Shown here piece after piece: positions 1-10,705 of a DNA stretch of 46,594 bases. The position numbers and the translations under genes were made by a program. The stretch is from NCBI GenBank assembly GCA_021816745.1, contig JAKAWY010000003.1, forward strand, positions 1 through 46,594. Direction: 5' to 3'. The notes under the pieces were generated by a model. It was given only the letters and a program-made list of their open reading frames with translations. It was not told the DNA's origin and searched no databases. The DNA comes from Thermoplasmata archaeon (lineage in GTDB: Archaea; Thermoplasmatota; Thermoplasmata; Thermoplasmatales; Thermoplasmataceae). The stretch's first letter is position 1. The number at the start of each line of letters is the position of its first letter.

Positions 1-993
1 TCTAACCTTGGATAGTGTATTACCGGCTTGTTCTCCATTATGTTGTATATTTATATATAATATATAAACTTATACATGAGAGACCTCACGCAACAATCTA
101 CTTCTTTAAAGAAATCGGCAGTCTTCCGGTCATGAATGCAGTACCTAAGGGGCAAATGTTTCTATACGAGATTTTTTGAAGAAAAAGCTTCTGATTAGCG
201 AACCAGCTATCAATGGCCCCACAAGACCATAAAGCTCATTATCCAAGATCTAACTTCAGATTTCATATAATAAGCAACATTACTCCACAGATAATGGATC
301 TATTTGGTGATTTCATTAAGAAAAATAGGGATAAAACACTGAATTAGAGGTGGTGAATGTTTAAAAAATTCAATTGGCAAATCCCTGTATGGCACATTCA
401 ATTGGGGAAGTCAGGCTGTAGAGAAGAGAGACATTCCCATATTCATAATCACCACTTATCCCTGTCATCTCAGCCTTATTCACGATTCCGTTCAATGTCA
501 CCACACCCAGATATTCGGGAGGGAGAGTCTTTATCCTATTCTCTTTTTTGACCCACTTTGCTCTGGTACTGTAGGCATAATAGTTGTTCCCGATGTATAG
601 TCCCCTGTTCTTGTATTTCCTTGCCCAGTCGGGAATATTATTCACATAGCGTATATATACCATGCATATAAATATACAGACGATCACCCTCACTATTTTA
701 AACAGCTAAAATAACCAAGACTTGATAGACCTTTTAAGAAAGGGATTTCAATCGTTATGCATAAATAACGGAGTTAAGGCTTAAATATGATTTCAATGAA
801 AGAGCCGTGCAGGAAAATTATGACTCATTGCCTCATATGCTCTCATTACCCAATTCGGATGGATGTTTGACTTTTCACCTGAAAATCTTCTCTTCTTGTT
901 CTGGACAGGCCATATTTCAGAAATTACCTGGTTTACAATTGTTGTTGTCACCGCCGCTGCAGGATTCGTAATGAATAAGCGTACTGTGCCCGT

Positions 994-2016
994 CTAATCA
1001 AAGCCAGGAGCACTTAAACTGTTCATCACCGCCTTTCGCAGTCTGAAGATGAATACTAATGCGATCAGGGTGATGGTTGTTATCAGCGGGACTATCCCGG
1101 TCAACTCTACAAACTCTGCCCATATCAGAAGAGGGGTGAGGAGACCAAATGCAAGAGAAAACAACTCCTTTTGGTTATCCTGAGCAGGGAGATGTTTCAT
1201 GACCGAAAAAAGCAGTGCGGAGAATGCTGCCGTCAACAGAAACATATCCAACAAAGGTGGAATCCTCCCGACACCATTTTGCCCAAAAGGAAAAGCAATA
1301 TAAGCTAAGTAAAATGGGAAAACAAGGAAACCGGCAATGAAGAATTTCTTCCTGCCGGGAGACGCTGTTCCTCGAGGGAAGAACAGGTTGGAAGGAACTT
1401 TTACGGCAACCAATACAAGGAACAGTGAGAGCAGCCCAAAGAACAGGTAATCCAGTTCTGTTGGCATGGGCCTTCCTGGAATGGTACTGGAGATGACGTA
1501 AAGCCAAATATTGAGGAACAGCACTGTCAGCACATAAAATGCTCCAACTGCAATGGAACCCTTCCTTCCAAGCAGTGGTTCTTTTGAGTACTTGGGGAAA
1601 GCGATAGTGAGTAGGAGAAGCGGCAGTCCTATGCTGAAAATCGCATGAAAATAAGTCAGGCCCACTGCCCAAACCCAGTCTACTCCTGCGTACCTTCCAT
1701 ATATTTCGAGAAGGCCCACTGGACTTCCGGAGACCTCGAAAAACGTGTGAACAGAGATTCCCTCCTCCATTATCCCGTAAGCGCAACCGAGAATGAACAC
1801 GGAAACCCAGCCCTTCCTGTACCTTATGACAAACTCCCTGATCAGCAGGGCTCCTGTTGAATACAACCCAAGGTTTGCAAGAAGTTCGAATAAGAATGCG
1901 AAGGGACTGGCAATAAGATTCGTGATTGGAGTGGATCCTGTAAGGTATTCTGGTATCCCCGGCGTCATGATCATGAGAAGCAGCATCATCTTCTTCCGTG
2001 TACCACTGGGAACCAT
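994..2016 (-). CDS. polytopic integral membrane protein, function unknown
   Basis: 340-aa ORF with about 9 helix-length hydrophobic segments (LLLLMIMTPGI, FLFELLANLGLY, VFILGCAYGI, LLLLTIAFP ...). No catalytic motif recognised. The overlapping 283-aa ORF 1175..2026 in another frame is Arg/Ser-rich and judged spurious. Confidence 0.5.
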   Translation of the reverse strand: MVPSGTRKKMMLLLMIMTPGIPEYLTGSTPITNLIASPFAFLFELLANLGLYSTGALLIREFVIRYRKGWVSVFILGCAYGIMEEGISVHTFFEVSGSPVGLLEIYGRYAGVDWVWAVGLTYFHAIFSIGLPLLLLTIAFPKYSKEPLLGRKGSIAVGAFYVLTVLFLNIWLYVISSTIPGRPMPTELDYLFFGLLSLFLVLVAVKVPSNLFFPRGTASPGRKKFFIAGFLVFPFYLAYIAFPFGQNGVGRIPPLLDMFLLTAAFSALLFSVMKHLPAQDNQKELFSLAFGLLTPLLIWAEFVELTGIVPLITTITLIALVFIFRLRKAVMNSLSAPGFD

Positions 2017-2138
2017 ATATCCTCATCTCGTTCCCGACTACCGAAGGACCTGCCCGGAACTGTACAATTATTCATGTGTGGTATAAAAATCTGATGCACC
2101 GATTTCTCAACACTCTATCCCCAAAGCAAAGTTGAATT

Positions 2139-2700
2139 TCATGGATAATGGGTTTGTGACAGGAGTTCCTGTAATCCGGGAGAGATACCTGAACGCCTGA
2201 ATGAAAAGAATAGGAACAGCTGGAAAGTGCTGCTCCAGTAGATAGAATTTGTATATCCTTTCACAGGACTTTTTCTGGAAATACAGGGCCTGTATCCGTA
2301 CATCGTAAATGGTGTGAGCACAATGGCTGTATCAATGAGAATCAACTCTGTGGCCCCAACAGTCCATGAAAGAGTCATAGTATAAATCAGAACCCCCTCG
2401 GTACCTATTACTATTCCCTCTATCACTGGAGCGGAGATATATCACCCATTCCAGAGTATAAACAATAATATATCATTGCCAAGATAAAACCCGCAATATC
2501 CGTCACAAGGTAGAATATGAAGAGCATGTGACTGTCAGGGAAAGTGTTGTCATAGGGATGCACCTGAGTCCGAATAGAATGCTTTGTTGAACTCTATTGC
2601 ATAGCCCATTTTAACCATTACGAACATGGCAGCAATCCCCAGATGCCAACTTCGCAAAGAGTCATCCACAGACTCTGTCCGTTCTGCCTGGACGTTATGT
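2139..2700 (-). pseudogene. possible degraded membrane-protein gene (frameshifted fragments)
   Basis: The 95-aa ORF 2139..2426 starts with GTG. Hydrophobic reading frames continue upstream on the minus strand (…YDNTFPDSHMLFIFYLVTDIAGFILAMIYYCLYSGMGDISP, then …MFVMVKMGYAIEFNKAFYSDSGASL*) but are broken by frame changes and stops. Confidence 0.2.
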
Positions 2701-2886
2701 AAATACCCGAAATCGAGATACTTGAACCATTCCCACTATTCAAGTTAGCATGTCATCAAATGCAAGATCGTTCACGCAACCAGACCCTGATCTATCGTTT
2801 TCTTACAATTTCTTGTGTCTGGTCTTAGGATTCAAGAAATGATACAGGAACTTGGGATATAGAATAATTTGCATCGCAATTGGTCA

Positions 2887-2958
2887 AGGATAGGTAGGGA
2901 TTTGAACCCTAGTAAATGGGATCTGCAGTCCCACGCATAACGTCTCTGCCACCTATCC
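2887..2958 (-). tRNA. tRNA-Cys (anticodon GCA)
   Basis: The reverse complement folds as a cloverleaf. Acceptor stem GGATAGG/CCTATCC; anticodon stem TGGGA/TCCCA with loop CTGCAGA (GCA); T-arm TAGGG-TTCAAAT-CCCTA. Discriminator T, no encoded CCA. Confidence 0.8.
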
Positions 2959-3024
2959 GCGAAATGGGTATTATTTAATGAATAATTATTTTTGCCTTCT
3001 TGGTAGAAATAAAAGCGTATTAAT

Positions 3025-3519
3025 TTGCATATTTCGTCTAAAGAATTTATGCCAGGTCACAATACAAGAACGATGAGTTCATCAGATTGCCAGGCATCCT
3101 TTAAAGCTGGTAAATTAACTTTTTTACCTGTTTCCATTATTTTGGCATTCATAGCAATTATAATTCCAATTTATCTTTATCCTGCTTTTTTTATCAATAA
3201 TTTTCTTGGCCTTTTCCCGTATGTCATTCTACTCATATTCATATTTTACTATGACAGGGAGCGCTATTTACGGTTGGCAACAATTCAGATATTTAGCGAC
3301 AGAATTCATATCATAAAGAAAACTGAGAAGAATAGTTTTCGATTTTCAGAGATTACAGGAATAGAGAAAAAACCGGAAATTGGAAAGAAGCTTTTTGTCA
3401 TATCAATGCAGGATGGAAGAAAAATTGGACTATACGACAGGAGAATTCGTTCCTTGGGCAACTCTTTTATTAACATTATTATAGATAGAAGCAGAAAAGA
3501 TATCGCAAAAACTGATTAA
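3025..3519 (+). CDS. hypothetical small membrane protein
   Basis: 164-aa ORF in an AT-rich segment. One strongly hydrophobic stretch (FLPVSIILAFIAIIIPIYLYPAFFINNFLGLFPYVILLIFIFYY), followed by a basic soluble tail. Confidence 0.35.
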   Translation: MHISSKEFMPGHNTRTMSSSDCQASFKAGKLTFLPVSIILAFIAIIIPIYLYPAFFINNFLGLFPYVILLIFIFYYDRERYLRLATIQIFSDRIHIIKKTEKNSFRFSEITGIEKKPEIGKKLFVISMQDGRKIGLYDRRIRSLGNSFINIIIDRSRKDIAKTD

Positions 3520-3549
3520 TCTTTAATATTATCTTCAGATATATGACTT

Positions 3550-3996
3550 GTGGCAGGCAATCCCGGGAGAATAAGAAGAAAGGCAGGATTTTGGATTATT
3601 TTATTCACAGTGCTGTTCCTTCTGTTCCTGGAATTATTTAAACTCTTTTTTGAATTATCGTTAGTAGGTTTGGATTTCATAATAATCACATCATTCATGT
3701 ATGCCCTTTGGTTGTCCTTCTCCTTCTGGTCTGGCAGAAATTCCTTATTCTCACTGGTTTTTGCACCATTTATCTTATTTGAGCTGATTATTGGGTTCAA
3801 CAATGCAACTCCGTCTTCGTTGAGTTTTTCAGAAACTATGCTATCTCTTATATTACTCGTTGCAGACATTGTATCGCTCTGGATTATGCTGGAATTCAGG
3901 TATGCCATAAGAATCAAAAAGGGGAAGACACCACAATACCATGATGAAATAAAAGAGGTATTGATGGAACTGGAGTACCTTGAACCTCCTCTTTGA
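3550..3996 (+). CDS. hypothetical membrane protein
   Basis: 148-aa ORF with 3-4 hydrophobic helices, same strand and directly downstream of 3025..3519. Preferred over the overlapping low-complexity minus-strand ORF 3516..4001. Confidence 0.3.
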   Translation: MAGNPGRIRRKAGFWIILFTVLFLLFLELFKLFFELSLVGLDFIIITSFMYALWLSFSFWSGRNSLFSLVFAPFILFELIIGFNNATPSSLSFSETMLSLILLVADIVSLWIMLEFRYAIRIKKGKTPQYHDEIKEVLMELEYLEPPL

Positions 3997-4095
3997 AACA
4001 ATGGTTCTATCTACTTTTCTAAAATAATTTTTCCCATAATCCTATTTTCTTATAAGATTGGGAATAAACTTACTGTAAATCCATTATTTAATGTT

Positions 4096-4710
4096 TTAGA
4101 ATATTCCTCTGGGCCTTAGTTCACTCATTCCACCATCAATGTTAGCCACATTAAAACCGCGATCTGAAAGAAACATCGTGATGTACATGCTCCTGTTACC
4201 ATGTTCACAAACTATGGCGTATCTCTTGCTCTTATCCAGTGTTTCGTATTTTGCGATAATATCATTCATGGGCATCAAAATTGCCTCTTCTATATGGCCT
4301 GTTGCCCATTCATATGGATCTCTGACATCTATGACGTTCCACTGGTCCCGCTGTTCAAGGTACTGATCAGGAGTCAGATTGGTTGCATGTGCTACCTTGA
4401 ATTTACCCTTTTCCAGAAAATCTTTGTAAATATAAATCTGAGGCTCTACTCCCCTGGACTTCAGGCTGCTGCTGATTTTTTCCGATATTTCAGGATTTAG
4501 TGCAAGAAAAACCAATTTTCTGCCTGCATTTTTTGCATAGGAAGCTATGTCATCAGGCCATCTTCTTTCATAAAAAGTCGCAAGAGCTGATTCAGGAATA
4601 TGAGATTCCATGTACTCCTCAAAGGAGCGAGTGTCCACAAGCTCTACTTTTCCTTCCTTAAACATTACAATATCTTCTTCTATGGACATCTTGATACCTC
4701 TACAAAACAT
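4096..4710 (-). CDS. rhodanese-domain sulfurtransferase (inactive N-terminal plus active C-terminal rhodanese domain)
   Basis: The C-terminal half has the rhodanese fold signature VIDVRDPYEWATGHI and an active-site Cys loop AIVCEHGNRSM. The true start may be the internal Met (MSIEEDIV, about 4689). Confidence 0.7.
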   Translation of the reverse strand: MFCRGIKMSIEEDIVMFKEGKVELVDTRSFEEYMESHIPESALATFYERRWPDDIASYAKNAGRKLVFLALNPEISEKISSSLKSRGVEPQIYIYKDFLEKGKFKVAHATNLTPDQYLEQRDQWNVIDVRDPYEWATGHIEEAILMPMNDIIAKYETLDKSKRYAIVCEHGNRSMYITMFLSDRGFNVANIDGGMSELRPRGIF

Positions 4711-4762
4711 GAATTAGACTTAACCTATTAATCTTTAATATGAAAAATTTGGTAAAATAGAT

Positions 4763-5773
4763 TCAATTCATTCCCCGATTCTGGATTTTCATATACATAC
4801 TGATAGAACTATTAGGGGACAGAAAATGGATTAAAAGTATAACACTGATGTAAAAACATTCTTTACACCCCTTACTGAAAAATAGATATAACATTTTCAA
4901 GGAAAATCCAATAGATCCCTTTCTTCCCCTGCTGTAGATAATGTTGTTGGCTAGCATTTTTCCTATTAAAATCTGATGAAATATCGCATAATTCGGATTC
5001 GCACTTTTAACTAAAGTTGAAAGTTTTTCCAAATTTTCAATGGATTCGTCAGTAAATTTCACCCTGGATGACAAAAACTGATCAACTGAACCAACAATTC
5101 CTGTAACACTCTGGTGTTTTCTATAATAAGTGAGGGGTATTTCAAGAACGCCAATCTTCCTTCCATAATCTACAGAAGCCATGAAAAGCGCCTTATCCAG
5201 ACTGCGTTCAATTTTTCTTATCTGTGGTGAGTATCTCTCTGCGACCTCTTTTCGCATTGAAATACATGAGACATACCAGTCAGCCCTGCTTGAAGTTATT
5301 TTTCCAGGTTTACTGATAACGGATTTTATAGAAAGATCATAAATGGTTATTCGACTTTCATGAAGGTCTATTCCATCCAAACTGGAATATTTAGAATCTT
5401 CAGAAATAGTATAGATGCCATTGTGAATGTATGCAAGATCCGGATCACTCATAAACAGGGAATAGATTCTTGAGAGTTTTTCAGGATGAAACATGTCATC
5501 ATCATCCATAAAACAGATGAAGCTACCAGAGGCGTTTTCCATACCAATGGCAAGTTTTACTCCGAAACTTTTCTCATCCGTGAACATTGTTTTTATTGAA
5601 TTACTGGACAAAAACGCGTCGATATCAGGATCCTGGAAATTTTTTACAACAATAATTTCAACTTGAAATTCATTTTTAAGTGATTGTCCAAGAATGGAAT
5701 TTATGGCATCTTTCAGGTATTTTTTTCTGTCATGTGCCGTGATAATTACTGATACCGTATTTTCAGGATTCAT
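4763..5773 (-). CDS. glycosyltransferase family 2 (GT-A fold)
   Basis: N-terminal VSVIITAHDRKKYLKDAINSIL resembles a GT2 nucleotide-binding start. Acidic DxD-type motif FMDDDDMFHPEKL. Overlaps the next GT gene by a few nt, consistent with an operon. Confidence 0.75.
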   Translation of the reverse strand: MNPENTVSVIITAHDRKKYLKDAINSILGQSLKNEFQVEIIVVKNFQDPDIDAFLSSNSIKTMFTDEKSFGVKLAIGMENASGSFICFMDDDDMFHPEKLSRIYSLFMSDPDLAYIHNGIYTISEDSKYSSLDGIDLHESRITIYDLSIKSVISKPGKITSSRADWYVSCISMRKEVAERYSPQIRKIERSLDKALFMASVDYGRKIGVLEIPLTYYRKHQSVTGIVGSVDQFLSSRVKFTDESIENLEKLSTLVKSANPNYAIFHQILIGKMLANNIIYSRGRKGSIGFSLKMLYLFFSKGCKECFYISVILLIHFLSPNSSISMYMKIQNRGMN

Positions 5774-6845
5774 AGACTTCCATTATCCTCCGCATGACGT
5801 TTTCAGTGGAAAATCTTTTAATAAGAGACTCCCTGATTTTATTCAGCTCCAAATCTACCTTATAATTATCCACTGCTTCTCTCATGGTGGCAGCTGAATT
5901 CACTATCTTAACTATACCCTCTCTGCCTAATTCTCCCGATATTCCAATGTCTGTACAAATTACTCTGGCCCCTGAATAAGCAGCCTCCACCATGGCGACT
6001 CCAAAGGACTCAAACCTGGATGCAAAGAGGAATGCATTTGAATTTGCCATAAGAGTATACAGATCGTTTTCTGGTACATTTCCCAAAAATTTGATCTCAA
6101 CGCTATTATCCAGGCCCGTTTGCCTTATGGAATTTTCATATCCTTTGTCAGGGGTATTTCCGGTTAGCAACAGTGGCATCCCGGTTCCTTTTATGGCCCT
6201 GACGATAAATTCAATATTTTTGTTTTTCTGAAGCCCTCCCGAATGAATGAAATAGTTGTTCTTTGCAACTGAATATTTTGTTAAAGTTTCTTCAGGATTT
6301 TCATTTATCACAATTTTGTGAAAATCCACAGGATCAGGCACTACATCTATTTTTTTCGACAATGAAGGAGAAATTTTTTCAGTTATGGCTTTTTCATATT
6401 CTGTAAGGCAGATAATCCTGTCAAACTTGTCAAGGAAAGAAGGCATAAACTGATTATAATACAGTGAATTCGCAATGCCTCCGTAAATCATCTGATAGAA
6501 TCCATGTGCTGTAAATATTTTCTTTCCATGAAGATCCTTCAGGTGCCAGTAAAGGTAATCAGAGCTCCAAACTCTTTGACCATGAATATGAAATATATCA
6601 GAATCAGTGGAAGATAGATCCTTCCAGTAAGAAGATGGTGGAAATCTGAACTTCCCTACCCTCTTTAAGGAAATGCCATGGTAATGTATTCGATCAGTGT
6701 CCTTAAGGGAAGAAAGATCTCCATGGTCTGAAAAAACATGCACTTCATGACCCAGGGATGCTGCGCTCTCCACTGAGGATCGCACCACTTTCTCTGTTCC
6801 ACCTGTATGCGGATAGTAATGATGACTTGTATACGATATCTTCAT
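5763..6845 (-). CDS. glycosyltransferase family 4 (GT-B fold)
   Basis: C-terminal FASRFESFGVAMVEAAYSGARVICTD matches the E-x7-E motif of retaining GT4 enzymes. 4-nt overlap with the upstream epimerase gene. Confidence 0.8.
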   Translation of the reverse strand: MKISYTSHHYYPHTGGTEKVVRSSVESAASLGHEVHVFSDHGDLSSLKDTDRIHYHGISLKRVGKFRFPPSSYWKDLSSTDSDIFHIHGQRVWSSDYLYWHLKDLHGKKIFTAHGFYQMIYGGIANSLYYNQFMPSFLDKFDRIICLTEYEKAITEKISPSLSKKIDVVPDPVDFHKIVINENPEETLTKYSVAKNNYFIHSGGLQKNKNIEFIVRAIKGTGMPLLLTGNTPDKGYENSIRQTGLDNSVEIKFLGNVPENDLYTLMANSNAFLFASRFESFGVAMVEAAYSGARVICTDIGISGELGREGIVKIVNSAATMREAVDNYKVDLELNKIRESLIKRFSTENVMRRIMEVYES

Positions 6846-7615
6846 TTCAATTCACTTTCTAGCTTTTTAAGAATATTTCTGATGCCTTCCTCCAATGGGA
6901 TTGGATTCTCAACCGGAGAATTTTTAGCCACAAGTTTATCGGCCTCTTCAAGGATAAAGGGCTTTTCTTCAATTTCGATCTTTTTTCCGCTTATTTGCTC
7001 CACCATCTGGATTAGTTGATTTACCGAAACTCCTTTTCCTGTCCCAAGCTCATAATCACCAGGTGTGAGTTTCCCGTTAACTACCTTTATTACAGCTTTA
7101 GACAGGTCACTAACATTCAGGTAATCTCTGACATGTGTACCATCACCAAACCTGATTGCCTTTTCACCAGTCAGGGCTGCCTTAGAGAAAAGATAAACTG
7201 CACCTTTCCTGGCATTGGTTCCATAGATGTTGAAAAGCCTGAATATGGTTGCCCTGGTTCCGTATAAATTTCTGTAAAGATTTATCCATTCAGTTCCATG
7301 TTTTTTTGACATGGAATAAGCATTGCTGGGTTCTGCAGTCGATCCGGACGACGGGAATAAAAACATTGCATCTGTTTTTCTTGCCAGTTCCAGGCATTTC
7401 ATTGTAAGGGCCAGTCCATCCTCAAAGTATTCATACGGGTGGTTCAGGGAATTTCTGATCAGGGTTCTTGCACCGAAATGAAGGATTGCATCAAATTTAA
7501 TTTCCGGTATCTTATCACCAATATCAACACCAACAGGGGCATATCCTGCTTTTTGCAGATCTTCCATTAGTTGCGTTCCAATAAATCCTTTGCTGCCTGT
7601 GACCAGGATATTCAT
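6842..7615 (-). CDS. NAD-dependent epimerase/dehydratase (SDR family)
   Basis: Rossmann motif ILVTGSKGFIGTQL (GxxGxxG) at the N-terminus and catalytic YxxxK (YSMSK). The start is taken at the internal Met (MNILVTG) rather than the ORF-track Met 21 nt upstream. Confidence 0.8.
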   Translation of the reverse strand: MNILVTGSKGFIGTQLMEDLQKAGYAPVGVDIGDKIPEIKFDAILHFGARTLIRNSLNHPYEYFEDGLALTMKCLELARKTDAMFLFPSSGSTAEPSNAYSMSKKHGTEWINLYRNLYGTRATIFRLFNIYGTNARKGAVYLFSKAALTGEKAIRFGDGTHVRDYLNVSDLSKAVIKVVNGKLTPGDYELGTGKGVSVNQLIQMVEQISGKKIEIEEKPFILEEADKLVAKNSPVENPIPLEEGIRNILKKLESELK

Positions 7616-7654
7616 GCCACATAATCGGCAACACAAAATTAAATATTTTCAATG

Positions 7655-8836
7655 TCACTTTTTTTCCACGTGACCTAAGTAAAAGGAATCAACAAATTTA
7701 AAAAATTTTTCATTGACACTCTCAGAGTTGTAATTGTTCCTGAAGAATTCTATCCTTCTGGATTTTTCAATTCTCAGGGAATCAATGGACTCCATTGCAG
7801 TTTTCAGGGATAGTGAAACTTCCTCAGGGGTGCTCTTTATGAATTTCATTATTCTTTCTTTTTCAGCATCAATAAATGAAGATCTTATCACACGCCCGGA
7901 AATGACAAAGCATCCAGCTGACATTGCTTCAAGAACTGTATAAGGAAAAGAATCCCAAAGTGTAGGGTAAATGAAAATATCTGCATTACAGTATTCACGC
8001 TTTAAATCCTCGTCACTGAGTTTGCCCATGAACTGTATACCGTAGGGGGCAAGGTCAAGTGGTTTGTATGATCCTGTTCCCACTATTTTAAGGGATGCAC
8101 TCCCCGATATTCCGGACATCTTCCATCCCTGAATAAGCACCTCTATTCCCTTTATGGTCTCAAGCCTTCCCACATAAAGGAATTTTACGTTCCCCTGATT
8201 GGATGGGGCGTTGCATACAATTTCCGGGGATCCATTGGGGAGCTTAAGGATGGTGGCCTTTCTTCCAAGAATGCCTGAAAGGCTATCTCTTCCAGGATAA
8301 ACATGAAATGCTCCAATACCTCTGTAAATAAGTCCTGCAGCATAGAGCCTTGCTTTCATCATGCTGACTAATCCCTGATCATGAAATTCAGTATGTGAAG
8401 AGCCAATCATTTTCTCTCCCTTGAATAATCTCCAGTATTGATTTTTAGTCAGATAAACTACGTCCAGGGATTCTTTATTCAATTTTTTTTTGTAAAAAGG
8501 TGAAAATAATAAAACAAGGAATGGAATAAAGATGATATCGAGAATGAAGGATAAAATACGGCTTTTCCTGAAAAATCTGAGATTATTTTCTATAAGGTCA
8601 AGTTTTACTGAATGAAATTTTAAAAGGTAATCTGCCTCCTTTTCCAGTCTCTTCTGATCTGAAAAATTTGTGCTGATAATAGAAATTTCAACATTATCAG
8701 GAACGTTATGGAGCGTGTTAATGAGCCATCTCTCCACTCCTCCACCCATGGAAGGATCCGTGATTAGATGAAATCCCATCCTGGTGGCTGTTTGAACCAT
8801 GGAAAGACAATATGGAATTGTATATATAGATAACAA
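7655..8836 (-). CDS. glycosyltransferase family 4 (GT-B fold)
   Basis: IYPTLWDSFPYTVLEAMSAGCFVISG matches the GT4 EX7E region. First gene of the minus-strand glycosylation operon. Confidence 0.75.
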   Translation of the reverse strand: MLSIYTIPYCLSMVQTATRMGFHLITDPSMGGGVERWLINTLHNVPDNVEISIISTNFSDQKRLEKEADYLLKFHSVKLDLIENNLRFFRKSRILSFILDIIFIPFLVLLFSPFYKKKLNKESLDVVYLTKNQYWRLFKGEKMIGSSHTEFHDQGLVSMMKARLYAAGLIYRGIGAFHVYPGRDSLSGILGRKATILKLPNGSPEIVCNAPSNQGNVKFLYVGRLETIKGIEVLIQGWKMSGISGSASLKIVGTGSYKPLDLAPYGIQFMGKLSDEDLKREYCNADIFIYPTLWDSFPYTVLEAMSAGCFVISGRVIRSSFIDAEKERIMKFIKSTPEEVSLSLKTAMESIDSLRIEKSRRIEFFRNNYNSESVNEKFFKFVDSFYLGHVEKK

Positions 8837-8878
8837 TCAGCACTTCCGAATTGGCACTTTTATATTGTACTTTTAAAT

Positions 8879-10705
8879 GTGTTCATGGGGTTTATAGGAG
8901 GCATGAATTTCAAAGCAATTCACGGAAAGGAAATTTTTAAAAAATGTGTTTCAATATTCAATGACAGATACACACTTATTTCTTTGATTATCGCCATGAT
9001 TTTTGCCATAATTTACAGTTATATCTCAATTATGAGGTATCTGGCCCTCACTCAGAATGTGCTTGATTTAGGGGTAAGTTCAAATCTTCTGTATTCTGTC
9101 ACTCACGGGGGCCTCTTTCCCACTGCACTTAATCCAAGGCCTCTGGTTCCTGCAAAATTAATTTACATTCCCATGGGTTTTATTTACTCTCTCTATCCGC
9201 ACGAATGGTCCTTATTGATTTACCAGGATTTCTTTCTGTCACTTTCACCCATAGCGCTTTACTTCATTGGTCGGGAATTAGGCTTTGGTAAACGAATGTC
9301 CCTGGGGTTTGAGGTACTTTATTTTCTTTATTATCCTTTAAGTGGTGTATACTGGTTTGATTTCCATTTCATGGCGTTTTTCCCCACACCTTTCCTTTTC
9401 GGTATTCTGATGTATCTTCGAAGCAACAGAAACTGGATTCCACTGTTATTCATAGCGTCAATCACTGATTATATGGCACCAGTGCTTGTCGGGTGGTTCC
9501 TGATGATTGAAATGGTGAAGTCGTTCAGGAAAACAGGGATGAAGTCCAGGCTGTTCAATGAGATTATCATGTATATACTGATGGTTATATTGTTCCTGGT
9601 GCCAACCCTCTATGGAGGCAGGCCATACTACTCAAATTATATGTCCGTACAAAATTCTAGTGGATTATATCTTACAGATACCCTGAAATACGATTTTATT
9701 TTACGTGTGCTTCTTCCAGTTCTGTTCATTCCTCTGGTCGCATTTGAGTATTTAAGCATGCTGATACCATACTGTCTTTTTATTATTTTTAACAACTATG
9801 CGCCATACCAGAATTTAATGTTCTTCCAATACGGTGCTCTTTACACCCCGGTTGTGATGTTTTCCTTATTGGTCGGACTTTCAAGAATTATGGGAAAACT
9901 GGAAATGAAGTGGGGAGCTAAGAAAAGTAAAATTTCAATTAAGGGTATAGTGTGTGCAGTCATTGTGGTAAATATGGTCATGTTCACCCTATACACTCCA
10001 ATTGGTGCATCTTATAACGGACATCTTGCAAAGGAGTACGTAAACCCATCTTTGACAGGCTCTGCACAGTATTATGAATTTTTCCAGAAGATCACGCCTC
10101 AACCTTACGATGCAGCCATAATGAAAATGATGGATAAAATACCAAAAGGTTCTTCTGTTTTCGTCCAGGGAAATCTTCCGGAACTTTGCCAGGGATACAA
10201 CGCCAGCGTTACAATACAAAGCCTTTCCCATCCACCAGAATATTTTGTGGATGATCCTTATAATTACCAGTTTTACAACATAATTCCATACCCAGTGGCC
10301 GGTTTCAAAAATATCTCATTCCTCCAGGCGACAAATATTCTTTTGAATACAAACAATTATGGATTAGTGGACTCATATCAGGGCGCATCTCTGTATGAGC
10401 TGGGTTATTCAGGCACTGCATCCAGTTTTACTCCATTGGATTACAATTTTTCCACGCAGAATCCAAATTCAAATGTGGAAATTCAGTTTTTAGCACCAGG
10501 AAATTATAATGTTTCCATAAGCAATTCCACCGGGGGGAATTTGAGCCTGATCATTGGAAATTCAACACTACATCCAGTCGGCCAATTAAATGGAACTTAC
10601 TTTTTTACTTATACAACTGCTTTTTACGAAAGCAATGTACGGATGTCCATACAGGGCTCAGGTCATTCCACCATCTTAATCAATTTAGTACAGGGGGAAT
10701 TATAA
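8879..10705 (+). CDS. large polytopic membrane protein, sequon-rich C-terminal extracytoplasmic domain (possible GT-C-type glycosyltransferase)
   Basis: 608 aa. About 10 hydrophobic helices in the first ~330 aa, with an acidic loop motif VLDLGVSSN after the first helix. The soluble C-terminal ~250 aa carries many N-x-S/T sequons (NASV, NISF, NFST, NVSISNSTGGNLSLIIGNSTL, NGTY). Divergent from the GT operon. Confidence 0.55.
   Translation: MFMGFIGGMNFKAIHGKEIFKKCVSIFNDRYTLISLIIAMIFAIIYSYISIMRYLALTQNVLDLGVSSNLLYSVTHGGLFPTALNPRPLVPAKLIYIPMGFIYSLYPHEWSLLIYQDFFLSLSPIALYFIGRELGFGKRMSLGFEVLYFLYYPLSGVYWFDFHFMAFFPTPFLFGILMYLRSNRNWIPLLFIASITDYMAPVLVGWFLMIEMVKSFRKTGMKSRLFNEIIMYILMVILFLVPTLYGGRPYYSNYMSVQNSSGLYLTDTLKYDFILRVLLPVLFIPLVAFEYLSMLIPYCLFIIFNNYAPYQNLMFFQYGALYTPVVMFSLLVGLSRIMGKLEMKWGAKKSKISIKGIVCAVIVVNMVMFTLYTPIGASYNGHLAKEYVNPSLTGSAQYYEFFQKITPQPYDAAIMKMMDKIPKGSSVFVQGNLPELCQGYNASVTIQSLSHPPEYFVDDPYNYQFYNIIPYPVAGFKNISFLQATNILLNTNNYGLVDSYQGASLYELGYSGTASSFTPLDYNFSTQNPNSNVEIQFLAPGNYNVSISNSTGGNLSLIIGNSTLHPVGQLNGTYFFTYTTAFYESNVRMSIQGSGHSTILINLVQGEL

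Noticed and set aside
357-693. Overlapping short ORFs (64 aa on + and 107 aa on -) at the AT-rich left edge
   Set aside because: No recognisable motifs, mutually exclusive frames, and no convincing start or promoter. Left unannotated.
1175-2026. 283-aa ORF on the minus strand overlapping the 340-aa membrane-protein ORF in another frame
   Set aside because: Arg/Ser/Cys-rich composition typical of an out-of-frame reading of a GC-richer gene. The 340-aa frame has coherent transmembrane helices.
3516-4001. 161-aa minus-strand ORF antisense to 3550..3996
   Set aside because: Low-complexity Ser/Asn/Ile-rich translation. The plus-strand frame gives helix-like hydrophobic segments and follows the same-strand upstream gene.
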